NCBI GenBank assembly: GCA_965249055.1
Contig: CBDFKX010000002.1
Coordinates: 1,936,830-2,000,829 of the forward strand
DNA length: 64,000 nt
Direction of reading: 5' to 3'
From: Candidatus Aldehydirespiratoraceae bacterium
GTDB lineage: Bacteria; Actinomycetota; Acidimicrobiia; Acidimicrobiales; Aldehydirespiratoraceae
Shown here: positions 28,787 to 39,236 of the stretch, piece after piece
How positions within the stretch are numbered: the first letter of the stretch is position 1
How the letters are laid out: the number at the start of each line of letters is the position of its first letter
Program-made: the position numbers and the translations under genes
Notes under the pieces: model-generated
Database searches by the model: none
What the model saw: only the letters and a program-made list of their open reading frames with translations
What the model was told of the DNA's origin: nothing

Positions 28787-29710
28787 CTAGGTGTGTGCCG
28801 CCATTTGCTCAGCGAGCCGCCGAAAGCCGTCGCGCCAGGTAACCGAGCAGGGACCGACAACTCGGCGAACCGCGTCGGTGTCGATCACTGCGCTCGGAAT
28901 CGTCAACTCGTTTACCTCAAAAATCGGTGCGGGCGCTCCGGCGACATCGCAGATGTAACGGGTCCACTCCTCGACGGACACAACCTCGTCGCCGCCCCAA
29001 TTGAGAGTCGTGGTGTTCACGGTCGCGGCGTCTAACAGGGCTGGGACCTGCGCGATGATGTCGTCGTGGTGGATCGGGTTGTAACGCGAACCATCGGGAT
29101 GCAGAGGTATCGTCTGCAACGCCTGCGCCATCATCAAGTGAAAGACCGGCCAACCGCCTTGGTCGCCGTAGGGCACGCACAGTCGGGCGATGGTCGTCGG
29201 CACAGAGAACTCGCGAGCAGCGAAACGAGCGACCGCTTCGGCAGCGGTTTTAGCCGTCGAATACGTCGGCAGGAGGTTCTGGTGGTGATCGCGGCCCAGC
29301 GCTGAGTCTTCGCGCATCGGCTCGCCGTTGGTTGGTGCGTAGACAGCTGTCGTGGAGCAGTGCAGAACGGCGTGAGCATTGCGCATGTGGCTCATTAGAT
29401 GACCGGTAGCTTCGGCATTGGCCGCAAGGTCCTTGTCCCATTTGCCGGTCTTTGTGACGGCAAAGTTGAGCAGATAGTCAACTTCAGTCGGTACGGACGC
29501 CAGGTTGGGTTCGATGAGGTCGACAGCGTGGCAGACAACCCCGGCTGCCTCCATGCGCTTGCGCGCATCTGGATCTTTGAAGCGGGCGATGCCGTGGACG
29601 TCATTACCGCTCGCCGCCAGCGCCACCGCGATTGGCCCACCTACTTGGCCGGTGCAACCGGCAACCACAATTCTTCGATCTTTCACAGAAGTCACGCTGT
29701 GTTCAGTCAC
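28787..29710 (-). CDS. NAD-dependent epimerase/dehydratase-family protein
   Basis: VVAGCTGQVGGPIAVAL (Rossmann fold) and YSTAK (catalytic YxxxK). Confidence 0.75.
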   Translation of the reverse strand: MTEHSVTSVKDRRIVVAGCTGQVGGPIAVALAASGNDVHGIARFKDPDARKRMEAAGVVCHAVDLIEPNLASVPTEVDYLLNFAVTKTGKWDKDLAANAEATGHLMSHMRNAHAVLHCSTTAVYAPTNGEPMREDSALGRDHHQNLLPTYSTAKTAAEAVARFAAREFSVPTTIARLCVPYGDQGGWPVFHLMMAQALQTIPLHPDGSRYNPIHHDDIIAQVPALLDAATVNTTTLNWGGDEVVSVEEWTRYICDVAGAPAPIFEVNELTIPSAVIDTDAVRRVVGPCSVTWRDGFRRLAEQMAAHT

Positions 29711-29755
29711 GCTGTGTTCCTTGTTTGGTTCGCGAGTTGGTGGTTCGCGAGTTGG

Positions 29756-30991
29756 TCAGGAGCGAAGGATTTCACGCCACGGCTGATTCTTGTCGTAGCC
29801 AGGTTCGCGAGGCAATTGCAGTGAGCGTTCCCCGATGTTGTTCTTGAGAACCTCGTCGGTGCCGCCTCCAATCGAGATCGAGTAGCGGCCCATCAATTCC
29901 ATTTGCGCCCAGTGAATCTTCTCACCGCTGCCTGCAGTCAATGTTGGTCCCATGATGCGTGCAGCAAGATCGCCCGATATTCGCCGGTTTTTGGAAGCCA
30001 TCAACTTGATCAATCCCGGATCCATTGGTGGCGTCTCACCGCGTCGTATTGCGTATTGGACTTGCTCGCCCATCCAGCCTGAGATCATCTCGCGGCAGTA
30101 GTAATCGGCTATTTGCTGACGCAGCACCGGATCCTGCAGGCAACCCTTGCCGCTCGCCAATTCAATCAGCTTCGTGCGAGTCGGGATGCGGTTGCCTGCG
30201 ATAAACGCCGACTCGTTGGAAAGCACGGTGCGCGCCGGTGTCCAGCCTTGGTTGATTTCGCCGATGACATTGGCGACCGGCACCCGAACATCAGACAAAA
30301 AGACCTCATTGAAGTGCGCTGATTGGTTGATCTGCATCAAAGGCCGAACCTCAACTCCTGGGGTCGACATGTCAACCAACAAGAACGTGATGCCCTTGTG
30401 CTTGGGAGCATCGGGGTCGGTGCGGACCAACACAAAACCCCAGTCGCAGAACTGCGCCGAACTGTTCCACACCTTCTGACCGTTGACAATGAACTCATCG
30501 CCGTCACGTTCGGCGCGCGTCGCCAGCGCGGCCAGATCGCTTCCGGCGCCGGGCTCGCTGAAGAGCTGACAAAAAGACAACTCCGCGGATAGCAGCTTGG
30601 GAAGAAACTCCCGCTTTTGCTCTTCACTTGCGTGGCGCAACAACGTGGGTCCCAGCATGGCGATGGCGGCGCCCACAAACCCGACCCATTCCTCGTATTC
30701 CAGCGAAATCTCGCGCTCGATGCGGGTCATCCAAAACTTGCCTCCGCCGCCTCCGTACTGCGTGGGCCAAGCGATCCCCGCGTAGCCCGCCGCAAACAGA
30801 CGGCCTTGCCAAGCCTTGGCTGCCTCGAAGTGGCGACGCGCGTCCTGCGGGTCTCTGTGAACGTTGGTTTCCCAAGGTGAGTCGCCACGTTTGGGAGTCG
30901 CATTGGCGTCGTACCAGGCCCGAACTTCGGTTCGATATGCCACTTGTTCGGCGGACTCGTTGGCCTTGTGGTTTGCGGCGGTCATGGCCAA
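29756..30991 (-). CDS. Acyl-CoA dehydrogenase
   Basis: Contains CQLFSEPGAGSDLAAL and VNGQKVWNSSA, an ACAD fold of the FadE type. Confidence 0.85.
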   Translation of the reverse strand: MAMTAANHKANESAEQVAYRTEVRAWYDANATPKRGDSPWETNVHRDPQDARRHFEAAKAWQGRLFAAGYAGIAWPTQYGGGGGKFWMTRIEREISLEYEEWVGFVGAAIAMLGPTLLRHASEEQKREFLPKLLSAELSFCQLFSEPGAGSDLAALATRAERDGDEFIVNGQKVWNSSAQFCDWGFVLVRTDPDAPKHKGITFLLVDMSTPGVEVRPLMQINQSAHFNEVFLSDVRVPVANVIGEINQGWTPARTVLSNESAFIAGNRIPTRTKLIELASGKGCLQDPVLRQQIADYYCREMISGWMGEQVQYAIRRGETPPMDPGLIKLMASKNRRISGDLAARIMGPTLTAGSGEKIHWAQMELMGRYSISIGGGTDEVLKNNIGERSLQLPREPGYDKNQPWREILRS

Positions 30992-31057
30992 GAGCTTTCC
31001 TTGTGCTTGAGGTCAACGCCAAACCCCGCAACCCTCTGTAACCCAAGGACTTACGCA

Positions 31058-32176
31058 ATGCCCCCAGATATCAGCCAGGATCGCAGCGTGGTAAGCGCCG
31101 GCGCAAAGATACGAACCTTTGATGGCGAGACACCGCTTCAGGTGATGGCACGGCAAGGCCACATGGCTCAGACCTCGATGACGTCGCTGGAACGGTTTCC
31201 GTACTACACAGCCTTCCCGTTTGCTTGGTACCCGATTGTGGTGGGTGAATCGCTCGCGGTTGGGGAGGTTCGCTCAGTTCGACTCCTCGCCCGTGACCTG
31301 GTTCTGTGGCGCGACGAAGACGGCACAGCCCATGTGATGGATGCCTACTGCCCACACTTGGGAGCAAACCTTGGGATCGGTGGACGCGTTGAGGGATGCC
31401 ATCTGGTGTGTCCGTATCACTGGTGGGAGTGGGACGGTGAGGGTCGTAACGTGTCGATTCCCTATTCGGACCGGGTCAACAAGAAGGCGCGAGTTCGTAC
31501 CTATCGGACAGTCGAGCGCAACGGCTTCGTCATGTTTTGGTTCCACCCGGATCCCGACCAGTCACCGTTGTGGGAAGTACCGGAATTACCCGAGTATCGG
31601 AGCGATGAGTGGATTGCCGTTGAGCCGGCGGAGTGGGTTGTGCGCTGTCCCTGGCAGGAGCTGGCTGAGAATGGCCCCGATTATGTTCATTTGCGGACCG
31701 TGCACGGAGCAGCCACAGTTCCAGTTTTGGAATCTCTCGAGTTCGATGGCTGGTTCAATCGACTGCGCTCAACGGTCGACTTCGATACGCCGCGCGGGCC
31801 AACCCCAGGGCGTATTGATAGTGACGGCTTCGGTCCGGGGTTTAGTGTCGCACGGTTCTCGGGGATCATCGACACTGTCTTTTTCAACGTAACCGTGCCG
31901 ATCGACTGGGAGACGACTTGGTCGATGAAGGTCTATCGGATACGAAGGTCGGGTTCGGGCGAAGAGGCCGAGTTGAAGAGTCGGCGGGTTGGCGAGGCGC
32001 TGGTTCGAGACCTCCGCAAACAGATGGCCGAAGACAATGTGATCTTCGATAACAAGATCCATAATGCTGACCCGGCACTCGCCGATGCGGATGGTCCGAT
32101 CCTGCAATTCCGCAAATGGGCGAGCAAGTTCTACGCTTCGGGCGACCCTGCCGCCCATGGAAGGGATTCGCGATGA
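31058..32176 (+). CDS. Rieske [2Fe-2S] oxygenase (KshA/phthalate-family-like)
   Basis: Contains CPHLGANLG...CPYHWWEW. The ATG at 31058 was chosen. Confidence 0.8.
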   Translation: MPPDISQDRSVVSAGAKIRTFDGETPLQVMARQGHMAQTSMTSLERFPYYTAFPFAWYPIVVGESLAVGEVRSVRLLARDLVLWRDEDGTAHVMDAYCPHLGANLGIGGRVEGCHLVCPYHWWEWDGEGRNVSIPYSDRVNKKARVRTYRTVERNGFVMFWFHPDPDQSPLWEVPELPEYRSDEWIAVEPAEWVVRCPWQELAENGPDYVHLRTVHGAATVPVLESLEFDGWFNRLRSTVDFDTPRGPTPGRIDSDGFGPGFSVARFSGIIDTVFFNVTVPIDWETTWSMKVYRIRRSGSGEEAELKSRRVGEALVRDLRKQMAEDNVIFDNKIHNADPALADADGPILQFRKWASKFYASGDPAAHGRDSR

Positions 32177-32973
32177 CCGATGAGGACTATGTACCGCAAC
32201 AGAGCTACGGGACCAGAGATGACCAGGTCGACATTGAGCGGATGCGGCTGTCGATGCTGGCTGAAGCGCGAGACCCCAAGACCTGCGCGTTGTTGACGCG
32301 AGTCGGGATCGCAGAAGGCATGCACTGTCTTGAGATCGGAGCGGGTTCGGGATCGGTCAGTGCTTGGATGGCCGACCAGGTCGGGGCGCGGGGTCGGGTG
32401 ATGTCCACCGATATCGACCTTCAGTTTCATGACGAGATGCCCTCCAACGTGATCGTTCGGCAACACGACATTGCCACCGACTCGCTTCCACGGGAGCATT
32501 TCGACATCATTCATGCCCGTGCGGTGCTGCAACATGTGCCGACTCGTGACGAGGTGGTCGGTCAGCTCGTGGACGCCTTGAAACCGGGTGGTTGGCTCGT
32601 GGTTGAAGACGGCACCTTCTTGGGGTTCGGTCAACAGGGACTGCCTGAGCCGTACAAGACAATCCACCAGGTCATGTCGGCAGGAAGCCTCGACGAATGG
32701 CGCGACCCTGACTTCGGGCTTCAAGTCCTCGAAAGAATGCGGTCTGCTGGTCTCGTCGATCTCGATGTTGTGGGCGATATCTGGGCGATGCGGCCACACG
32801 AACCAAGCGGTGAGTGGTGGTTCCTGGCACTTGAGAGGGCCATTCCTTACATGGTTACCGCGGGTGTTGTAGCCGAGGCTGACGGCGAAGTGGCACTCGA
32901 ACAGGTCCGCGCGGAGGGCTTTGTGATGATGAGTCCTGCGTCGATCGCAACTTTGGGCCGCAAACCCAACTAG
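32173..32973 (+). CDS. Class I SAM-dependent methyltransferase
   Basis: Contains LEIGAGSGSVSAWMA. Its ATGA start/stop overlap with the Rieske gene suggests translational coupling. Confidence 0.7.
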   Translation: MTDEDYVPQQSYGTRDDQVDIERMRLSMLAEARDPKTCALLTRVGIAEGMHCLEIGAGSGSVSAWMADQVGARGRVMSTDIDLQFHDEMPSNVIVRQHDIATDSLPREHFDIIHARAVLQHVPTRDEVVGQLVDALKPGGWLVVEDGTFLGFGQQGLPEPYKTIHQVMSAGSLDEWRDPDFGLQVLERMRSAGLVDLDVVGDIWAMRPHEPSGEWWFLALERAIPYMVTAGVVAEADGEVALEQVRAEGFVMMSPASIATLGRKPN

Positions 32974-33046
32974 TCGCTGTCCAACTCAAGGTTTTCCAGT
33001 CTCGGCGAATGTGGAGATCGATGCTTGTTGCGGGCAGGATGTAGGC

Positions 33047-34198
33047 ATGTCTGAGGCTTACATCATTGATGCTGTGCGAACGCCCACCGGGAAGAGGGGC
33101 GGCGGGCTGTCCCACATCCATCCGGCCGATCTCGGAGCGGCGTCGATCAGTGCCTTGATCGAGCGAACCGGGATCGACCCTACCGCGGTCGAGGATGTCA
33201 TTTTCGGCAACGTGGATTCGGTCGGGGGTCAGGCCGGTGACATTGCCCGCACCTCGTGGCTCGCTGCAGGACTTCCCACCCATGTTCCGGGCACCACCGT
33301 CGACCGCCAGTGTGGCTCGGGTCAGCAGGCAGTGACGTTTGCGGCGACGATGGTGATGGCTGGCATCGCCGATCTTGTTGTTGCTGGCGGTGTCCAGCAA
33401 ATGTCGCAGATTCCGATCGGGTCAGCGATGACTTTGGCAGCCGAACTTGGCTTCGATGATCCGTTCAGCGGATCCACGGGTTGGGTCGAACGGTACGGTA
33501 CCCAAGAAATCTCACAGTTCCGCGGGGCCGAGATGATTGCTGAGAAGTGGGATATCTCCCGGGTCGAAATGGAAGAGTTCGCCTTTGAGAGCCATGAACG
33601 GGCCATTCGTGCCATTGACGAGGGCCGCTTCGATGCCGAGATTGTGCCGCTGGGGGATTGTGTCACCGATGAGGGTCCTCGTCGCGGCAGCAGCATCGAG
33701 AAAATGGCTCAGCTTCAGCCGCTTGTCGAAGGCGGACGGCTAACCGCAGCAGTGTCCAGCCAGATCAGCGATGCGTCGGCCTCGCTATTGATCGCCTCGC
33801 AGCAGGCTGTAGAGGATCACAACCTGACTCCCCGAGCTCGAATTCACCACATGAGCGTGCGCGGCGACGACCCCGTTTTCATGCTCACCGGACCTATCCC
33901 CGCAACCGCCCATGCCCTAGAGAAAACCGGCATGTCGATCTCGGACATCGATCTCTTTGAATGCAACGAGGCGTTCGCATGCGTGCCGATGGCTTGGATG
34001 CTTGAACACGACATTCCCCACGAGCGGGTCAACGTCAATGGCGGTGCTATCGCGCTTGGCCATCCACTTGGCGCCACCGGAGCAAAGCTCATGACCACCT
34101 TGTTGCACGAACTCGAACGCATCGGCGGCCGCTACGGACTTCAGACAATGTGCGAAGGCGGAGGCCAAGCCAACGTAACGATTATCGAACGGCTCTGA
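33047..34198 (+). CDS. Acetyl-CoA C-acyltransferase (thiolase)
   Basis: Motifs found: VDRQCGSGQQA (Cys nucleophile), NVNGGAIALGHPLGATG and CEGGGQA. Confidence 0.9.
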   Translation: MSEAYIIDAVRTPTGKRGGGLSHIHPADLGAASISALIERTGIDPTAVEDVIFGNVDSVGGQAGDIARTSWLAAGLPTHVPGTTVDRQCGSGQQAVTFAATMVMAGIADLVVAGGVQQMSQIPIGSAMTLAAELGFDDPFSGSTGWVERYGTQEISQFRGAEMIAEKWDISRVEMEEFAFESHERAIRAIDEGRFDAEIVPLGDCVTDEGPRRGSSIEKMAQLQPLVEGGRLTAAVSSQISDASASLLIASQQAVEDHNLTPRARIHHMSVRGDDPVFMLTGPIPATAHALEKTGMSISDIDLFECNEAFACVPMAWMLEHDIPHERVNVNGGAIALGHPLGATGAKLMTTLLHELERIGGRYGLQTMCEGGGQANVTIIERL

Positions 34199-34222
34199 CC
34201 AATCTGGACAAGGGGGACCAAG

Positions 34223-35185
34223 ATGTTCTTTGAACCCTTAGCGGTGGGATCGGTGTCGCTGCGGCTATACCCGCACGATGTCACAGCTTGTGAGCAACTC
34301 GATCTGATCCGCAACCAGGCAGAGTCGGCCGTTTCAGCTGGATACGACGGAGTAATGGTGAGTGAGCACCACGCCAACTTCCCGGGCTATCTCCCGAACC
34401 CGATTCAACTTGCGGGGTTCTTGCTTGGGTCGATGTCGGGGGGTTGGGCGGCACCTTGCCCGTTGCTGTTGCCTATGCGGGCTTATGCGTTGGTGGCCGA
34501 GGACTTGGCATGGCTTGACGCCGCCTATCCCGGTCGAGTTGGTGCCGGCTTTGCAGCGGGCGCACTTCCCGTTGACTTTCAACTTGCAGAGGTTCCGTTC
34601 AGCGAAATTGTCGGGCGATTCAAACAAGCTTTGCCGAAGGTCGTGAATGCCCTTCGTGGCCAAGACGTTTCACCATTGGGAGCTGATAGGGCCATCGCTC
34701 GCACCTCCGATAGTCCGCTGCCCATGGTTGTTGCCGCTCAGAGTCCCGCGGCAGTGCGCCGCGCCGCGGCTCTCGATCTTGGAGTTCTCTACGACAGCTT
34801 GCAGACCGCTGCGGTTACGGCCCGGCTCGGTGAGGTCTACCGCGAAGCCAACGGTACCGGTCCGCGGATCGCCATCCGACGAGTCTGGATTGGCGATCCT
34901 CCAATCGAGCAGATGGCCAAGCAGATGGCGCATTACCGCAGCTATGCACCGGGTCGTGCGATGAAGAACTGGGACGGCGATCAATTGATCGCCGCGGCTA
35001 GCGGTGTGGAGGCAGCCAACAAGCTCGCCGACTTCTTAGCCGCAGCCGATTGCGACACCGTCAACGTACGAATCCATGTGAGCGGACTCGAACCGGCGAT
35101 GGTTGACCAGCAACTCCGGTGCCACGCCGAACAGTTCCTGCCGAGGCTTCGTCAACGTATGGAGACGTTACACAGCAGCGATTAG
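34223..35185 (+). CDS. LLM-class flavin-dependent oxidoreductase
   Basis: The luciferase-like pattern GYDGVMVSEHH is present. Confidence 0.7.
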   Translation: MFFEPLAVGSVSLRLYPHDVTACEQLDLIRNQAESAVSAGYDGVMVSEHHANFPGYLPNPIQLAGFLLGSMSGGWAAPCPLLLPMRAYALVAEDLAWLDAAYPGRVGAGFAAGALPVDFQLAEVPFSEIVGRFKQALPKVVNALRGQDVSPLGADRAIARTSDSPLPMVVAAQSPAAVRRAAALDLGVLYDSLQTAAVTARLGEVYREANGTGPRIAIRRVWIGDPPIEQMAKQMAHYRSYAPGRAMKNWDGDQLIAAASGVEAANKLADFLAAADCDTVNVRIHVSGLEPAMVDQQLRCHAEQFLPRLRQRMETLHSSD

Positions 35186-35194
35186 TTGATTGTG

Positions 35195-35674
35195 TTAAAC
35201 GAGAGCGTTGTCGACGCGGGTCGTGGCGACTTCTTCGTCAACATCAAGGGCAAACGCGAGTTCCGAAATGAGTACGGTGCGAGCCTTGGTATAGAGCGAC
35301 TTCTCACCAGCGGACAGCCCCTTGGCGTGATCGCGCAGCGCAAGGTTACGGACTACCTCGGCGACCTGGTAGACGTCGCCAGACTTCAGCTTCTCTTGGT
35401 GATTCTTGAACCGCCGTGACCAGTTGGCCGGCTCTCGCACGTCGCGCTTGGCCAGCACCTCGAATAGATCTTCGACATCTTCGGTCGAAATCGGCCAACG
35501 CATACCGACCTGTTCGACCTTGTCGACAGGTACAGAAAGAACGAGATCACCGTGCGCCATGCGAAGCACGAGGTAGTCCCTCTCCTCGCCGAAAGCGGTG
35601 CGCTTTTCCTTCTTCTCGATAACGGCTGCGCCATGGTGCGGGTACACGACGCGGTCGCCAGGTTTGTAGCTCAC
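35195..35674 (-). CDS. carD: CarD-family RNA polymerase-binding transcription regulator
   Basis: The N-terminus reads YKPGDRVVYPHHGAAVIEKKEKRTAFGEERDYLVL. Confidence 0.9.
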   Translation of the reverse strand: MSYKPGDRVVYPHHGAAVIEKKEKRTAFGEERDYLVLRMAHGDLVLSVPVDKVEQVGMRWPISTEDVEDLFEVLAKRDVREPANWSRRFKNHQEKLKSGDVYQVAEVVRNLALRDHAKGLSAGEKSLYTKARTVLISELAFALDVDEEVATTRVDNALV

Positions 35675-35765
35675 AAAAGTCCTCGAAGGTCGCGAAACAC
35701 CGTGCTCAAGGATGCCAGGACTACCGCTATTCGCAACGCTCTTCGCCTGGTTTCCTCACGGTCGT

Positions 35766-36536
35766 TTATGGCCATCGCCTAATCCACTCCCCGGGAGGAG
35801 CCAAGGCTTCATCGATGCAGGCCATCAGCGAAGGCTCCAGAAGGTCACGGAGATCGTCGATAATGGTGTCTCTGTCGGGCAGGTCTGCAAGACACCATCG
35901 GGCAAAGGATCCGTCGTCGAGCCACCCGGCGATCGACGGATCCATCCCGGGCCAGCGCGTGGTGGCGTTGGAGGCCCGATGGCGGAAGGCGTCCCAGCCC
36001 AAGGGGAGCCTCGATCGCCTATTGCGCAAGCGCCACGGTTCAATCGTCTCGTCTGTGAGGGGGTGAAGCACTGACATCGACGCCCAGCTAAGCGATTCCT
36101 CGGGTCCCGCGCGCAGCACGGCGCTTATTATCCCGTCAAGCCAGAACACATCCAATACATCGGATGGAGGGGTCGACTCGACTGGTGTGGCCATGCCCAA
36201 TACTCGTCGCCCAACATCAACGGCCGGACCGAGTTCTACCTCGATCGTCATCGGGCGATCCTGGCGAAGGTCGACGATTAGTGGAGCCTCCGTCCGGCTG
36301 ACGACGATGGCAATCTGGGTATCGCTGGGGTCACAGTCGATTAGACGGGCTGGGAGTGGGTAGGCGACGGCTTGCACGGCTGGGCCGCAGCGCACGCCCA
36401 CGAGGGGGCCGTAAGGATTCTGGTTGATGCCGGGTGGCGGGGGAATGGCAACAATCTCATCGGCTAGGGCGGCAACTCCGCAGTCGAGCGAAAGTGCGCG
36501 CCAGCCGAGAGATGAGGCGGATACGGACTGAGCCAT
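35766..36536 (-). CDS. Hypothetical protein (no family recognised)
   Basis: The ATG at 36536 is preceded by GGAGA. The ORF extends to 36620, but that upstream part is His/Arg-rich. Codon usage is consistent with the neighbours. Confidence 0.45.
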   Translation of the reverse strand: MAQSVSASSLGWRALSLDCGVAALADEIVAIPPPPGINQNPYGPLVGVRCGPAVQAVAYPLPARLIDCDPSDTQIAIVVSRTEAPLIVDLRQDRPMTIEVELGPAVDVGRRVLGMATPVESTPPSDVLDVFWLDGIISAVLRAGPEESLSWASMSVLHPLTDETIEPWRLRNRRSRLPLGWDAFRHRASNATTRWPGMDPSIAGWLDDGSFARWCLADLPDRDTIIDDLRDLLEPSLMACIDEALAPPGEWIRRWP

Positions 36537-36771
36537 CTTGGTCTCCGATTGATGTCGGTGGTGATGGCGGTCCAAACCCGGATCGCGAGGGAACCCAATC
36601 CTGGTCTGGGTGTGTGACACTGCTGAAGTCGCAGCACCGGCCGCCTAAGATTCGCCTGAGTACGGGAGTTCAGTTGTCCGATTGTCGCAAGCACAGCGCT
36701 ACCACGACCTTGAGCAAGGCTCCACACCAGTGCCTTGACATCAAACGGGTTGAGGCTTAGAGGCGCTGCTC

Positions 36772-37785
36772 ATGGCTACTGTCCGCACCGAAATCTCCGA
36801 AATAGTCACTGGGTTGGGTCTGTTCGGCTATCGAGATCTAGATCGAGCGCTTGCCGCTAGACCACGCTCGATCGGCAACGTCAATGACCGGGTGTTCGAC
36901 CGACTCGACACCGCCTACGCGGCTGACAAACATGCCGAGATATTCTCCACGGCGTACGCCAGCGGCGAGATATTTGCTCGGGCCAACGTTGGGCTGCGAG
37001 GTCGTGTGCCGTGGCTGGTCGAATGGAAAGGCCCTCATCGTCCGCCCGCGTACGAACAGATTCCTGCTGATTTGCGGGTCGATCACGTGTATTTGATCAG
37101 CTGCAAATACGGCTCGGACATTCTTCACAACGCATCTCCGTGGCATGTGTTCGACCGAGCTCTGGCGGAGCGTGCGAGACGTGGCGGTGATTGGTTTGCC
37201 GAAGTCGCCGCCGAGTCCTTTCAAGAGTTCTATTCCCAAGTGCGAAACCATGTGACCGACTTGTCGCTACCGACGCGGGTGACTGCGCTCAACGCAAACC
37301 ATCGAGCTGCGCTGCGCTCGGCGCTGAAGGGGCGGTGGCCGGCGTCGTTGCGTTATGACTGGGAACTCGTGGGGTTCGAGATTGCCCGTAACAGCGCTTC
37401 GCATCTCATGGAGCGCACCTCCAGCAGGAGAGATCGAGAGGAACTGCTGTGGAGGCTTCTGCGCCTCTCAGCCTCCCCATATTTCGTGCTTGGCACAGAC
37501 CGGAACGGGGAGCCGATCCGATACCGGGTGTTGACTCCGTGGGACTTCCAGAACCGCTTCCGTATGCGGCATTTCGACATGTGGGGAGACTATGCGGGTC
37601 AGCCGACCGTTCGGTGGCGCGCAGAGGTAGTCGATCGGGCAGACGCAACCCTCAGAACCGTGGAAGGCCATGTGGAGATTCGTTGGAGCCACGGCAAATT
37701 CGCCGGAGTTCCCGAAGCCAAAATCTATCTAGACACGCCCCACCACGATGTGGCTGGTTATGAGCCCATCGACAGTGGCAACTGA
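36772..37785 (+). CDS. Hypothetical protein; possible PD-(D/E)xK-like nuclease core (speculative)
   Basis: 337-aa ORF. The segment IPADLRVDHVYLISCKYGSD is loosely D...xK-like. Its stop codon lies inside the 7-bp target duplication of the downstream element. Confidence 0.5.
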   Translation: MATVRTEISEIVTGLGLFGYRDLDRALAARPRSIGNVNDRVFDRLDTAYAADKHAEIFSTAYASGEIFARANVGLRGRVPWLVEWKGPHRPPAYEQIPADLRVDHVYLISCKYGSDILHNASPWHVFDRALAERARRGGDWFAEVAAESFQEFYSQVRNHVTDLSLPTRVTALNANHRAALRSALKGRWPASLRYDWELVGFEIARNSASHLMERTSSRRDREELLWRLLRLSASPYFVLGTDRNGEPIRYRVLTPWDFQNRFRMRHFDMWGDYAGQPTVRWRAEVVDRADATLRTVEGHVEIRWSHGKFAGVPEAKIYLDTPHHDVAGYEPIDSGN

Positions 37786-37786
37786 T

Positions 37787-37808
37787 GGGGCTTATATACG
37801 TGAGTGAC
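37787..37808 (+). repeat. Left terminal inverted repeat of the 6.86-kb element
   Basis: Matches the right end over 22 nt, with a single 1-nt indel after the GGGG. Confidence 0.85.
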
Positions 37809-37858
37809 ATTTTCTGTCGGTTGTATCGACTGTTTTTGTGTGCTGAGCAGGGATTTAA

Positions 37859-39211
37859 AGCCTTCGCGGAAACGTGGGGTGGGGGGTGGTTGAGGGTCCC
37901 TGAGTAGGGGTCGAGGCCCTGCTGGAATCGGTGATTGAACGATCAACGATCTAGGAGGGCCCCGATGGCTAACGATGATATGCGTGTGCGGTTGCATTTG
38001 CGTGAGATACGTGTGGTTGAGGTGTTGGTGGACACGCCGAGCGTGTTGAGCGTGAGGGTCGAGTCGACGGTTAGGCATCCGCGGTGTGTGGTGTGCGGGT
38101 TCAAGTGTCACAGGGTGCATGACACCCGCGAGCGTGAGATACGCGACTTGGAAATATCGGGTCGTCGCACGGTGTTGGTGTGGTCTCGTCGCCGGTTGGC
38201 GTGCGATAACTGCGAGCATCGTTGGTTAGAGGAGCACAGCGAGTTCGACGGGCGCCTGACTCGCCGCCTGGCGCGGCGGCTGGTCGCGGACGCTGAGGTG
38301 ATGGCCATCTCAGCGGTAGCGCGCCGTCATGGTGTTGGCTGGCACACTGTGATGGCGTTGGTGAAAGCCTGGTCGGGACTGATTGCTGAGCATCGTCGTT
38401 CCCAGCGCTGTCGTGTGTTGCTGGTTGATGAGACCTCGATGCGCAAACGCCACCGTTACGTGACCGTCATCGTCAACGGCGACACCGGCAAGGTGTTGGC
38501 GATGGTCCCGCATCGCGACTGTGCTGCGTTGACAGGGTTTTTGATGTCGCAACCACATAGATGGCGCCGCGGGGTCAAAGTCGTCGTCACAGACGGATCA
38601 AAGGCCTACAAAGCCTCTGTGCAGACCTGTTTGCCCCACGCCCGTCATGTGCTTGACCGGTTCGGTGTGATCAGATGGTTCTGCACCGGGCTAACCGCGG
38701 TGCGCCGCGACATCCAACGCCGCGAACCACAAGGCGTCAAACCCGCATACGACCCAGAAGTGTTCCGATCCCGGTTCTTGCTGCTGCGCAGAGGCGACAA
38801 ACTCGAACCCGGCGACCAAGCCCGCCTCGATGAACTCTTCGAGGCTCACCCCCGTCTCAAAACCGGGTGGCAAGCTCTCCAGCAGCTCCACGGCCTTTAT
38901 CTTGCTGAGGACCACAACGGCACCCTGCAAGCCCTCAGCAGGTTCTGTGACCTCTACGAGACCGGCGAACTCCCCGAGTTCCATCACATCGTCGACACCA
39001 TCATCGCCTCATCAGACGAAATCTTGGCCTGGCACCACACCAACCGGGCCTCCAACGGCAGAATCGAGGGAACCAACAACCTGCTCCAAGTCCTACGAAG
39101 AACCGCCCACGGGTTCACCAACCCAACCAACTTCGCCGCCCGAGGACTCCTGATAACATGACCCACACACCGGCACCAGCAACCCCAAATCCCACGTTTC
39201 CGCGAAGGGCC
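37859..39211 (+). mobile_element. ISL3-family insertion sequence nested in the larger element
   Basis: The inverted ends are AGCCTTCGCGGAAACGTGGG (37859-) and CCCACGTTTCCGCGAAGGGCC (-39211). The 8-9-bp direct repeat (G)GGATTTAA lies at 37850-37858 and 39212-39220. Confidence 0.85.
37965..39161 (+). CDS. ISL3-family transposase
   Basis: AGGAGGG precedes the ATG at 37965. An N-terminal zinc-finger region is present (CVVCGFKCHRVHD...CDNCEH), followed by DETSMRKRHRYVTVIVNGDTGKVLAMVPHRD. Confidence 0.9.
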   Translation: MANDDMRVRLHLREIRVVEVLVDTPSVLSVRVESTVRHPRCVVCGFKCHRVHDTREREIRDLEISGRRTVLVWSRRRLACDNCEHRWLEEHSEFDGRLTRRLARRLVADAEVMAISAVARRHGVGWHTVMALVKAWSGLIAEHRRSQRCRVLLVDETSMRKRHRYVTVIVNGDTGKVLAMVPHRDCAALTGFLMSQPHRWRRGVKVVVTDGSKAYKASVQTCLPHARHVLDRFGVIRWFCTGLTAVRRDIQRREPQGVKPAYDPEVFRSRFLLLRRGDKLEPGDQARLDELFEAHPRLKTGWQALQQLHGLYLAEDHNGTLQALSRFCDLYETGELPEFHHIVDTIIASSDEILAWHHTNRASNGRIEGTNNLLQVLRRTAHGFTNPTNFAARGLLIT

Positions 39212-39236
39212 GGGATTTAAGCTATGTGCTAGAGGT

